Shown here: positions 12,347 through 25,123 of the stretch, in pieces
Layout: each line of letters starts with the position of its first letter
Numbering within the stretch: the first letter of the stretch is position 1
Made by a program: the position numbers and the translations under genes
Source: Euprymna scolopes
Lineage: Eukaryota
Reading direction: 5' to 3' (one strand)
Length of the DNA stretch: 64,000 bases
Assembly (NCBI GenBank): GCA_053919585.1
Contig: CM132790.1
The notes under the pieces: generated by a model
Told to the model about the DNA's origin: nothing
The model's database searches: none
The model's input: the letters and a program-made list of their open reading frames with translations, nothing else

Positions 12347-13784
12347 CATATATATTTTATAACTTACTAACTAGCTCTATCTACGTATTGAGCATTTTTG
12401 AAGTAAATACTTATAGTTTACGCATAAATTTATACTTTCGTATATTAATTTTATATGAGTAAATGAAGTAGTTATATATATATATATATATATTTATTCA
12501 GTTCGATAATTTCTTCATTATTATTTCTAACATTTCCTTCACTTTATAGAGGCTTGTTTTTTCAGCTTTATTTTTATGCATTTAATGTTTATTCTCGAGT
12601 TTTAATTTTTTTGTAGCATAATGATTTTACCCCAATTAATATTTTGCCATTGAATTTATCGTTTTTGCAGGAACTTTTCACTTGATATTGTGTAATTACA
12701 TTTATCATCTGACTCCTTATAGGAGCTATTGATGTAGCGTTTTGAATTTTTTCAGTATACTCCTTGTTTTATACCTTATATATCGTTGGGTGTATATGAC
12801 AAGTCTATTTAATCATTATAACACGCCTATTTAATGTGTTCATGTAGATATATGACATGTATTTACGTAAAGTGTTTGTGATCGTCTGGTTTGTTGGTCA
12901 AAATCGCCTGCTCCCTTTTTCATTGACTAATTTCTATTATCCATTCTTATCAAGACGTTTCGATACAAAACATATGTCAGACACATAAAGGTGGAGCTCG
13001 CAAGTGAATGGTATCCTCCTACCAAATATTTGAAAATATTTGAAAATTGATCGAATAGTTTTGCAATAAAATACAATCAAAATAATTATTTTTAACATTT
13101 GGGATGCTAAAACGTATATGCTACAATTAAGAGCATTTCTGGACGATATTTGTAAAAAAAAATCTGTGTACATTGTCTAAAATTAAAAATAAAACGTTTA
13201 TATTAGATAAAATAATAAAGACTTCTATTTATATTGCAACGATTAAAAATAAAAAAAGTTATATATTTTTAAATTACTAAAAGTTTTATTTATATTGTTT
13301 AAAATTAAAAAAATATGGTGTATATATTATTTACAATAAATAAGATCTGTTCACTATTTTAAATGATTTTCATAGTGCTTCTTTTAAAAGAATTTCTGAA
13401 TGTTTAAAACTATTAACTTCTAAAATATCGATATTATTGTTTACAGATCGATTGCATGGTTACATGGATTAGGGATATTTGGCTCCTTTTTTCTGATATA
13501 AGAATCTAGAGTATTTTACGACTCAATTTCCAATCTTGCCCTATTTGTTTTTATCTGTAATGCAAAGCAATTTAAAAATATTTATAAAAACTTTAGATGT
13601 TATTATGCCTTGAGAGAATATTTCCATTTTATTAACACGGTTTCAATAGTTTCAGATGATTTGAGTAATTCTTTTTTTTTGTTCTACGGCATATCAACCC
13701 TTTTCAGGTTATTTAATGCTGAATCCAATGATTTTGAAGAATCATTTTTTAATAGAGTATGTTTTTTTTGTTGTTTTTTGTGTT

Positions 13785-13942
13785 GGCTTCTATTTAACCC
13801 ATAGTTGGGACCCTTACAGGTACTACCACTCCGGGTAGAGTGGACCTGGGAGCAATGGCAATTAAAGAGTGGCTCCACACTCCCTAAAGCCAGCAAGCTG
13901 GGACCTCACAATCGAATATAGTTTAAGGTAATATCTAGGACC
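13785..13942 (-). mobile_element. Short retroposon related to an RTE-type 5' region
   Basis: Reverse complement gtcctagatat..taaact..gaggtcccag..gggagtgtggag..ccaggtccactct..gtagtacc is homologous to 32485-32640. Confidence 0.6.
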
Positions 13943-14336
13943 GTTGTATAAAGGGTTCTTTTTAGAATTTTTATAAAGACCAATTTCATAGGATATGAGA
14001 GTATGGTGATTTAAATATATTTTGTTTTTGAGTAATTCTGTTGTCTTTAAACTCCCAATTACAAAATCTATAAAAGGCCGTAATCATAAACTAGTAATGA
14101 AAAGTACAAATAAAATTCGTAATATTCCAATGTAAAAGAAAAACAAATGCAATTTACAGATTTGTTTTATTTGAATATTTTAAACGTGAAAACATTTTTT
14201 CCTTACACATACGCATGGTAAAATGGAAACGGAAACACGGTTTTACCGACCAAGCTAGACACCATGTAAAAATGTTATTACAGCATCTAGATATATTTTT
14301 TTTTATTTAGATATTCTATTTTAAATTATTTTTATT

Positions 14337-14450
14337 TACAATTGGTGTTTCCAAAGTAACGCCCCCTCATTTTATTCTGCCGATGCAGATAAGAGTGAAT
14401 TGCAAATTGTATTGCTATGATGAAAGAGCCTTTCTTTTAAGCTTCGTATA
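14337..14450 (+). mobile_element. Mariner-type terminal fragment
   Basis: Homologous to 3715-3830. Confidence 0.45.
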
Positions 14451-14527
14451 ATACGTGAGCTTTTTCGTGACTTCGTTTTGAATTAAATATTGTACATTTA
14501 ATTCGATAATATCTTGACCTTTTCTAC

Positions 14528-14561
<34 letters not shown>

Positions 14562-14562
<1 letters not shown>

Positions 14563-15268
14563 TAGCTGATTTATGAAAGTATGATAGGTTATCAAAAGGA
14601 AGGGTTGTAAATTTGGGTTGAATTTGGGGGTATCAAAACCAAAGCAAAATATGATAAAAGTAAAAATCAAATAGATAAACCCGATAATTTATAATGCCAT
14701 ACCTGTTTACACTGAAACACTTATCACAATATTTTGTGGATCTATATTAAAACACCTTGTTAAACTTTGTGACATATTTCCATTCCATGGAAGTCAAGTG
14801 CGAACGAACACCCTATAATTTTATTATACCATATTTCTTCAAACTGAAACATAATTATCAAATTATACTTAGGCAGATAGATATGAAAAGTCTTTATTAA
14901 CGTTTGTGCCTATTTCCATTCTATGGAGGTCAGGCGCGAACGCAGACCCCACAATTTTATTATACCATCCTTATTTAAGTTAAAACGTACCCATCAAAGT
15001 ATTCTTATGTACACCTATATCAAAAAGACCTGTAAACGTTTTTTTTTAATTAATTTTTTTTTTTATTTCAATACTTTGTGGACCAGGCGCGAAAGCAGAC
15101 CCCACAATTTTAATGAAGCACCGTTCTGCCAGATCAAACATACCCATTCCTGTGTCTCGATACATCTTCTATCATTATATGTAATCAGTTCTTTTAGATA
15201 GTCAACCATATAGGAGCCTATTCGTGACCAGACACACCCACACACGCATACACACACAGACATTCAGC

Positions 15269-15275
<7 letters not shown>
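14562..15275 (-). mobile_element. Non-autonomous Helitron-like element (~700 bp)
   Basis: A|CTAG terminus; close inverted copy at 37735-38425; three internal ggaggtcaggcgcgaa..cccacaattttat subrepeats. Confidence 0.8.
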
Positions 15276-15317
<42 letters not shown>

Positions 15318-15319
<2 letters not shown>

Positions 15320-15843
15320 GAGCAAACAGTTAATGAAATATGTTAAAAACACTTTGAAATGAGTTAAAAACATATTTAATCTGAAAAGGAAACACTAGAT
15401 AAATGGATAGTCCTTAATCCGCGGAGTTTCGAAGAAATACTCTCCTTCTCATCAGAGGGTAGGAATTAGCAAAATGCGGGATCGGATTTTACATGCAGAA
15501 GTATTTGATGAAACAACAAATAAGTCAAAGATCTTACTTGAAAACAAAATAAGTTAAGCAGAGGGAATATGTTAAAGAAAGAGGTGATTACACATTAATG
15601 GATAGTCTGGTGGAAGATAAAAAATCCAGTGACGGTGAAATCCAAATGTAAAACTTCAAGAAAGTTAAAAGAATTTCCATTTGTACAAGTAAAATCCAAG
15701 GAAATCCCGTAATTGGAAGAAGATGGTCCATAATAATCCAAAGGCAGAAATCCATGGAATAATTCACAAAAAAATGTGTACAAGGAAAAAATAATATTAA
15801 TAAAAGAAAAATAAGATGTGCTTTTCACTCTACTACCGAGACA

Positions 15844-15847
<4 letters not shown>
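15318..15847 (-). mobile_element. PLE-derived non-autonomous element with a hammerhead-like motif at 15411-15464
   Basis: Reverse complement cct-CTGATGA-gaag..cttc-GAAA-ctccgcgga-tta-agg; both ends match the internally deleted copy at 30418-30500. Confidence 0.6.
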
Positions 15848-15921
<74 letters not shown>

Positions 15922-16334
15922 GTTACCTAGTCGATGTTTGTGCGAAACGTCTCCACAAAAATCGTTCCTGGACATTCGGTCTATTGAGTTAAAGCTTTAT
16001 ACATAAGGTTTTTGACCTGTAGCACACTGCTACTAATGGGTGAAAATTGCAAACAAATTAGTTGACCTTCACAGCATTAGTCGACTAACATCTTTACATG
16101 AACAAACCTACATTCATATGCTAAACAACGTTATATTTTAACTATTACTATGCATATGCGCGTGACAAAGTTGCTTAAAAATTAGGCCGGAAAGTATATT
16201 TCAGTTTCGTGTATAGGTGATATTTGTTTTGTTTTTTTATATCACTACTATATCTTATATATTAATAATCGATAGAGAATTGACTCAAGAATAATAAATA
16301 CATAATTTGCCTGAATTAAAATATACAATTGCTT

Positions 16335-16498
16335 AAGTTTATAGCTTGCTGCCTAAGATGCCGCAACCAGGGAATGCCGACGGTGATGCTCAGGCAATTT
16401 TTGCTCGGCAAGAGCGCCCTTTCCTTAAGGCGCTTGCTTGACCCCTCACACTCCTGATCTTGTGTCACATAATACTGAGGTGGTCAGTATTTAAATAT
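16335..16498 (+). ncRNA. Unidentified structured element, copy 2
   Basis: Homolog of 6095-6258; stems tgcct/aggca, agcgcc/ggcgct, tgat/gtca and aatactga/tcagtatt. Confidence 0.5.
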
Positions 16499-16900
16499 TT
16501 ATCCATTTTGAATTTGGAGACAAAGACGAGTGTCAAAGGTAAGGTAGACATTTTTTGATAGCATGAATAGGTTAGCCAATTTAATCTGGAGCAAGAAACA
16601 AGGTAAAATATTCGAAATATGTTTTGTTCTTGTGATTACAAGAGGTGGTGCTTGATCAACACTGCTGGGAACCAATATTTAATATACTGTTTTGATTTTA
16701 AATCCTCGAAATAGTTTTTCATGGTAGACAACTGATAATTCCTGAAATAATTTTAAGACTATTGTGAGTTCGAGAAAGCAAGTTGATACAACGATTACAG
16801 ATGATTACATGACTGACTAAGTAGTTTTCCACGAAATAATAAAATATATAAAGTTAAATAAGTTTTTTTTAATATAGTTTTAAAGGTTAAAAACTTACAA

Positions 16901-16961
<61 letters not shown>

Positions 16962-17766
16962 GGGGGTGTTGTAAATCATCTAATAATTTGTCAATCTTAC
17001 TATTTCTATGCTGAGTTATTCCTTCCTTAGAACTATATTTTTCTGGTGACGCGTGCTTTACTTTTTATAATTCCGGTTCCTCATCTATTTGCTTTGTTTC
17101 TCTGTCTTTGTTTCACCCTGCCTGTGTTTCCTATGTTACCAGAACGTCATTTATCAAAACAAAACTATTCAAATGCGTATATAACGTCTTGGTCGTAGTT
17201 GGCAATATATTTCACAATGACATTTCAATGATTATAAACTTTCCCTTCCTTCCCCCCTCTCTCGATAAATCTCCTTTTCTCTTTTACCCTCTTTTTCAAC
17301 ATATCTATTCATGTACAGTTTAGAATATATATATATATACGTTTATATATTTGTGTGTCCAAGATTTACCCCCAGACTAATTAACCAAATATAATAAATT
17401 TTAGAATACAATTTCTGGGCGTAAATATCGTAATATATGCTATATTTCGTTTAATTTAGTTTTATTTAAAAAGCAAAAATAGTGTCTATAAGCTAATTCT
17501 GAACGGTGGATACCATTGTTGTAAAAAAAATATTAGTATGTATTAAGCTAATTAGTACTTATTACCAAAATTTCAATTTTTATCAAGATTTTATAGGGTC
17601 ACAATTTGGCACATTATCCCGAACCCCAACACAAATCATGCATATATATTCCCATGTAAGCTATTAATATGTCTACATGAGCTATGAATTATTACAACTT
17701 TTGATGATGTAATGTATATAAATGTTTTAGCCGGCACCTAAAGGAATGCGCACAAAATACGTAACC

Positions 17767-17812
<46 letters not shown>

Positions 17813-18163
17813 TATTTTAGTGTATCGCATCATAAACTGGCTCCACTCCAAATAAGTAAGGAGGATCCAGGAAGATGAAAAGACCAAGGAGAGAAAGCAT
17901 TAGGTAGACTTCCGCTCCATGATTGCAAGTAGGACTGGGACCTTGGGGAGGTTTATTGCAACTCAAGTTCCAGTGAAGACCAATAGTCGCTGCCAACAAA
18001 AGATCAATGGTAAGCGGCTGTTCAGACAATGCAAATTCATCTGCAAAATTTATCGAAAAAGGTAGAGAGTACTAGAAATCTGGGGGAGACTTGTAGTCAC
18101 TCAGACGCAGAGAACGCCACAAGTTGTTCTCAAAGAGAAATCCCTGATAATAGCCTGTGTGAC
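17813..18163 (+). mobile_element. R4/Dong LINE 3' UTR fragment next to (TAA)n
   Basis: Homologous in inverse orientation to 27461-27800 and 49035-49350. Confidence 0.8.
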
Positions 18164-19505
18164 NNNNNNNNNNNNNNNNNNNNNNNNNNNNNNNNNNNNN
18201 NNNNNNNNNNNNNNNNNNNNNNNNNNNNNNNNNNNNNNNNNNNNNNNNNNNNNNNNNNNNNNNNNNNNNNNNNNNNNNNNNNNNNNNNNNNNNNNNNNNN
18301 NNNNNNNNNNNNNNNNNNNNNNNNNNNNNNNNNNNNNNNNNNNNNNNNNNNNNNNNNNNNNNGTAATTTATTGAGAGTTTTAAGGATTTTCACATATTTA
18401 ACACACTTGCCACGCATCCGTATTTGTTTTTCAACAGATAAAAAGGATTTTCCTTTATAAAAAGACAGATAACAGAGAGGGAATTGATTATTTCTCTACT
18501 TCCGGTGTTTACTGCATTCGTCGATAAGAAAATGTCTAAGAAGTAACGAATAGGTTTAAAGACAAACATTCTTCACAAACCTTTAGTTATTTGCTAAAGC
18601 ATTGACAACTATCTTAACAATGTATGAATAAATAAAATGTATATACGTACATAATACATACATAATGCATACATACATACATACATACATACATACATAC
18701 ATACATACATAATACATACATAATGCATACATACATACATACATACACGCATATATACTTATATATTTATTCATACTATTTATATAATTATAACAAAAGT
18801 AATTTTAATTCCGGTTAGGTTCTTTTCAAAGAAGATAANNNNNNNNNNNNNNNNNNNNNNNNNNNNNNNNNNNNNNNNNNNNNNNNNNNNNNNNNNNNNN
18901 NNNNNNNNNNNNNNNNNNNNNNNNNNNNNNNNNNNNNNNNNNNNNNNNNNNNNNNNNNNNNNNNNNNNNNNAGAGCTTTATATTCATTCGGTATAAGTTT
19001 TATTCAATCATAAACCTAAGTTTGGCTACACATTCGTAGAACATTCCTTCTCTCATGTTTCAACTCCGCAATCATAACCTGATAAATTCATCCCATACCC
19101 AGGTATAATTCAAACATATCTGCAAATGTGCGACCAAATAAGTCAAACACACACACACACACACACACAGTCACACACACACACGCACACACACACATGT
19201 TTGTGAATAAGTATACTAAGCCAAAGGCTGATAATACCATTAATTAGTTATCTCAAGTAAGCACTATGTAGAGATGAACGCTATAGTAAACTTTAGATCG
19301 CCGCATTTCTTGAATCATTTCCTTAAGAATTATGTATGTAGCTTCCTTGCTATAAATATATTTTCATCCTATAACTTAACTCTACGGATGTGTCGAGGAA
19401 TTATGAAGTTAATGCATGAATGAGAATCAAGAAAATGAAATGTGTTAATATATTGTGCATAGAAAACCGTAATAGTAACGAATTATATATATATATATAT
19501 ATACA

Positions 19506-19561
<56 letters not shown>

Positions 19562-19705
19562 TTATTTCTTGATGTTTAGTTTAACGGTGATCAATATGCA
19601 AGTATAGCAAAACATTAAGGTATGTACTCCCTATTTTCAAACAGTAAAATATTCTGTATTCACAATTTAACCTTTTAGAATTATATAATTTTAATACCTA
19701 AATTT

Positions 19706-19770
<65 letters not shown>

Positions 19771-20259
19771 TAAATTTTTGGTGCAGCAAAATGGAAGGAG
19801 GAATTTCAGAGGAAACATAATTTAATATAATTTAAATACCAAAAAAAAAAAAAAAAACAAGAAACGGGCAGGTGAAATTATTAAAATTACCTTAAGGCCT
19901 TATTGTCTGACCTTCTAAGAGGAAACGTCAGAATGATAAATTAAAAACTAAGAAACGAATGAGGGAAGAAGGGAATTTGGTTTCAGTTGGAAGAACAGTG
20001 AAAAAAAATATCTCACTGTTCAGGTGGTTTTAAATCAATGAATATCTCCAACTGATGTTTTAAAATCTTTTGTCTACACAGGCTACTTTGCACCGCGTAC
20101 GTGAGTCAATACATTTCATTTCAATCAAGTGTTTCGATTTCATGTACATACGTTACTGATTAACATCTTGTAAAATAAATCTGATATATTTATTTTATTC
20201 ATATTTATTATGATAAATCATAATCATATTATTATAAAAGTAATAATAAATGAGAGTAC

Positions 20260-21450
20260 AACTCATTTTCCAACTGGGGGCACATGAGCCGATAACCAGA
20301 AAATCATAAAAGGACGCCGGGCAAATGTAATTAAAAAATGCGGCAACTTGAAATGTATCTATAAACTGACAACATTCAAGCCATGAAAAAAATTATATAC
20401 AGCGAAATCTCTAGATAAAAAATTATTTGTTTCGTCTCGGCTTTTGTATCATGAAATTTTCGTATGCACGATGAGACCGTTAAGCGACACTTTTAAAATT
20501 TGGATTCCGTCCAGAAGAATACCTGCTTTACAGTCCAGCTACGAAGTGGCATAGCGAACCGTGAAATGCAAGAAACCGTGCACTATTGCTAAGAAATTTA
20601 TAAAGTCATATACAGAGAAAATGGTGGAACCGATGATCAGAACAAAAGAAGGGGGGGGGGGAAAGAAAAATGATCCAGCGAATTTTGATTCTAACGATAC
20701 TATCCACCGACAGATTGATTGTTACTGATGTACGCCGATAATATTTCTCTGGAATCAAGCAAAACATACACATGACTAGTTTACAATTAGACGAATCTTA
20801 AAATACTGTTCTGAAGACTTAGTTGATTGCCTATGAGAAAAAGGAAAGGTAAAGAATCTAGTTTTTGTTTTGCAATACTCTGCTATCCGCAACTATAGCA
20901 ACAGATGTCATAACCATCGTAGACTCTATATGAAGTTAATGGACTTTGCCAGCAGAATTCCAAACACATCTGTACTGCTCCAGAAATGACAGATGTTAGA
21001 GTAGTTTTTTTTACGCTTGCTAAAAAGGAATAGCCACACATGATGTCTTCCAACTGTTGTCTACACCGACATGCTCTTGCCTTAAAACATCTATCTGTAC
21101 GTTCCTTGAAATCATTGACATCACGGTCAAAGTGATAAACTTGAGTCGAGCGAAGGACAAAAATTATCAGCTCTTCCAACTTCTAGCCTAAGAAATGTGA
21201 GCGCAGTATATGAGACTTTGTTTTATACAAACGTTCGTTGGCTATCAGAAGGGAAATACTTTACCTGGATAAATGAACTGTATATGAGAGTGTAAATATT
21301 TCTATGAGAACGAAAGCACTACTTCGACAATGAAGAATTTTTCATGATGTTCATCTATCAACTGATATGTCCGTTTACCTAACGAAATGAACCAGTAATT
21401 ACAAGACCATGATGTAGCAATGTAATTCATAGTTTCTCCGATTGCCTCTC
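20260..21450 (+). pseudogene. Degraded hAT (Buster/Charlie, ZBED5-like) transposase
   Basis: Remnants ALQSSYEVA..KKPCTI, SNDTIHRQI, LQLDES, CCLHRHALA and VRWLSEGK in the expected order. Confidence 0.85.
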
Positions 21451-22130
21451 CCATGTGAATCATAGTATTGCAGGGCTACTTAACTGCTGATTATAACTAG
21501 TCGTCTTCAAATCAAATATCAACAAATTCTTGTAAAAAATATACTTGTCGAGTAGATTTACTTATTTCTGAAATAAATCGACTCATCCAGATATAATAAA
21601 TACATTTATATCTAATCATCATGAGAGCGATTCGCGGCAGTAATTGTCACAGAATCATGACGTGTACTTCAATAACGCACGCTTTTTTAATACACTTTTT
21701 GTTAAATATACCAATGTGTTTGTCTTGATTATTGTTTGGCTTAAAGGCGATAGCCATAAATAACAATCAGTTCACACCATTACTAAATAATGCGCCCATA
21801 TCTTTACTATCATTTAAGTTGTTAATAATTTCAGACTAATTCCCCCCTTAGCACCCATGTTTTGCTTATGTTGTAAGGATAACCGTATTTAAGCATATCA
21901 TCACAGGGACATCTATTGGTAGTCATAATGCCCAGAATGTCTTTCAATTATTACCTTATAATATCGACAACGTGTTTTCAGTAAGTTGTGCAAATCAAGT
22001 GTGTACTGCTACCATCTCTTTCATCTAGTATTAAATAAAAGTTTTGGCATTTCGTTTTTATAAGTGAATCACATTTTTAAATACATATAAATTAATACTC
22101 GGCGTATCCTGTAAAGTCAAGTGAATCGAT

Positions 22131-22567
22131 GTCTTTGTTTTATCGTTATTTCCATGGCCATGCCTTTGTTGTATCGTTATTTCCATGGCAAGTGCTCGTC
22201 TGAGCTCCAATCTCTCGCCCCCCCCTCGCCAATCTTTCACGAGAAACACCCGTCTGGCTGAAACTACTGTCAATAATTTTCCCCATTCTTTATCTGTGCC
22301 TTAATCCAAACGTAGTTTCCATGAGCAGAGCTTCCTTCTCAGAAGTGCCCGATTGTGGAACTCTCTTCCGTTCGCCTGTTCCCCACCTGACTTCAAATCC
22401 AACATAAACAAATTCCTGACAAACCGCCCCCTTAAGTAAGACACTCTATCAAATCTCCAATACTAATGATTACTACAATACTATCTCATTGATTACTGTA
22501 CACGCCATAACCCTTATCCCTGAGTGGCTTCCGGGCCTTGATAAGTGGTGATCCCCATGTAATAAAA
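22131..22567 (+). mobile_element. CR1-group LINE 3' fragment
   Basis: Close match to 58620-58980. Confidence 0.9.
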
Positions 22568-23064
22568 GAAGTAAGTTTGTTCAAATAAAAACTTGTATAT
22601 AGGAAAGATTTTGGTCATAAATTAAAAGTCTAACGTTTATCTTCAATTAACAATTGGCATTGCCATATAATGATTAGACAACCAAAGAAAACAATGTTAA
22701 AAGTAACAGCACTTGTTTTAACATATACAAGTTCTTTATATCTTCAAATATTAATCCATTGTGTTTTAGTTGCTATTTTTCATTTTATGACATAGCAAGG
22801 TCAGTCATATTATTAACTGTTTTTCATGCCTCAAGTTTTTTTTATATTTTCAAATATTGATCATCGTGTTTGCTTTGATTGGTTTGCTTTAAAGCATATA
22901 AACCTATTTCGGGTTTAGACATTTTTGTAAAAAGTTTTATATCTAAAGTTAGTAATGAATTCGAATATTTATTCTTGGTATTTGATTTGGTTCTATTGTA
23001 GATAAAAATAAATCTTTTTTGTTTCTGCCTTTTCAGAAAATAATTAAGTTTTGAAAAAGAAAAA

Positions 23065-23710
23065 GGCGATAAGAATAGCATCAATGATTTTAGTCCCGTA
23101 AACCGGCCTCTTCAGACAGCCTTATCTGGTAACATCAGTGATAGCACAGGAGAAATAATATATTATTTTACAAGGAAACATTAATAATGAAAGGTTTTCT
23201 GCCAATAGATACTGGTGCCAAGCCGCACCGAAAATTCAGGAGAGTAAAGTAAGTATAATTAATGTTAAAGAGTGAAAAAAAGGAGGGGGTAGTGACGATA
23301 GAAATGAATTGAAAACGGAAATGATGAAGCTTAAACGGGGGCGCGTCGAAAACTTGAATAAAGAAAGAGAAAGTAAGTAGGAATGGGAAAAGAAAAGAGA
23401 ATAAAAGAAGCAGCGATGGGTGTGTGTGAGGAATTATCACAAACCAAACACTTAGACTGTTAATGATGAAACTATGCAAATGCTTCGAACTGGAATCGAT
23501 ATCCGAGTGTTTGGCGCACAAGTTGACGAGAAGCCGAAAAACGCCGACACCGGGAAAAAGAATTAATGATGTCAGGAAATTGAAAAGTTAACAACAACGA
23601 AAGGAAAATATTTATTCCAGTCGCGTATCAGACTCGAGCCGAAGACAGCAAAGCGAATCCATCATCTGAATTCGCAGTAGACAACCTTCTAACTCGGACC
23701 GCATAAGCTT
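23065..23710 (-). mobile_element. Putative SINE-like element: tRNA-like head (23620-23710) and degenerate hammerhead (23065-23127)
   Basis: Reverse complement has ggtccgagttag (box A-like) and ggctcgagtc (box B-like), then gataag..CTGAAGA-ggcc..ggac-TAAA..cttatc. Confidence 0.4.
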
Positions 23711-24329
23711 CATACTTCTTTTTTTCTTCGTTTTCAAAAACAGAAATGTCAAAGATAACTTATCACAGCAAGGCATTTATTACGACCATTAAAACTATTG
23801 AGATGTCAAGTTTATCTACTTGACAGATGCCGCTTGAAGAACACGAGACTGATTAATAGAATTAATAGTCAGATCAGAGAAAAAAATTGGCAAAATAAAA
23901 CTTATTAAAATGCTCTTTAAATAATACTAGTTTGCATCAAGTATGTTGTTCAAATAACTAGGATAATTAGTAGATGCCTACCGTAATGAGGATAACAACC
24001 TTCGACCTAGCAAGACAATGGCTTTCGGCATCTGATGCACTACAGTCTAAACTGAAGTTCCCACTATACAATCAAAACTACCTTTACTGATGCAGGTCTG
24101 CGCGGGTTATAAGGAGAGATAGGTTTGCCCAGTTACCAAGGCTTACTGTAGCAGAGAATGTTCGACGGAGAAGCAAGCCAATGAGCCAGAACAGCTTCAG
24201 GAATTACCGGAATTGCTTTAGCATCTGCCTATCGGGACACCAGCCTTTTTAAGGGTTTACTCGCGTAGCCTTAGCCTTTTCCTGGGCAACAACAAGGCAG
24301 TGCAACACTTATCCTATATCTGGGGACAC

Positions 24330-24398
<69 letters not shown>

Positions 24399-25123
24399 CT
24401 AGTATATTTGGGCAGCATTTTTTCTCTTATGCCTCATTAACCAGCAAGGATAATTCCTGCTTGTTTCTCTTGCGATTCGTTTTTTTTTTTTTTCATTTCA
24501 TAGGAAAATGTTCGAACGTTCAAATGTAGAAATTTGCTGTAGTCGCGATATCATGGAAGTTGAAAACGTTCGCGACTATGACAATTTTTCTTTACACTCA
24601 AACAAAACGTGCGGATATCGCTCAGCCTAATGGGTGAAAAACAGATCGCAAAAGAAACAAACATGAAGTATTCAGTTTACATTGTCACTGATTATTGGAG
24701 GAGAAGTGTGTATTAGTACAAGAATCATGTTAGAATTATTTTCACGGATCCGACTCGCAAGAAATCTAAGTATTTATTAAAAACGAGTTTAAAATAATAG
24801 GAGTCAGTTTCAATCCTTGCTATAAACGACCGTACGAAAAGAATAAGTTAATAATTTACATTCTACTTTGTCATAGTTGATAGAAAGTGAACCCCTTAAA
24901 ATAAAATAAAAACATATTTCAGTGCAAAAATTATATTGGTTTCCGAGGTCAACATAAGGATCTCCAAGATCAAATGAGCGAACCTTAAAATAAGCTGGAT
25001 GTTACATCGGCCATATTTTAACAGCATTGAAACGTGTAAGAAGATTATAGAAAAAATAAATGACGTAAATAAAGAAGAAGAATATAAAGCATAACAATTA
25101 CAGTACATGATAAAACGATACTA

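Larger units (their letters stand above)
10975..12475 (-). mobile_element. Penelope-like retroelement, 5'-truncated, with inverted pLTR
   Basis: ~400-bp inverted repeats (10975-11370 and 11950-12350) flank a GIY-YIG ORF. Confidence 0.92.

Noticed and set aside
16345-16375. Resemblance to 7SL (tgcctaag..aacc) or to an SL RNA splice donor
   Set aside because: There is no SRP helix 8 motif, and neither copy has GT at the putative donor (aagGC and aagAT).
23975-24330. Twister- or HDV-like ribozyme in a GC-richer patch
   Set aside because: I could not form the required pseudoknot pairings; it is probably a decayed LINE UTR.
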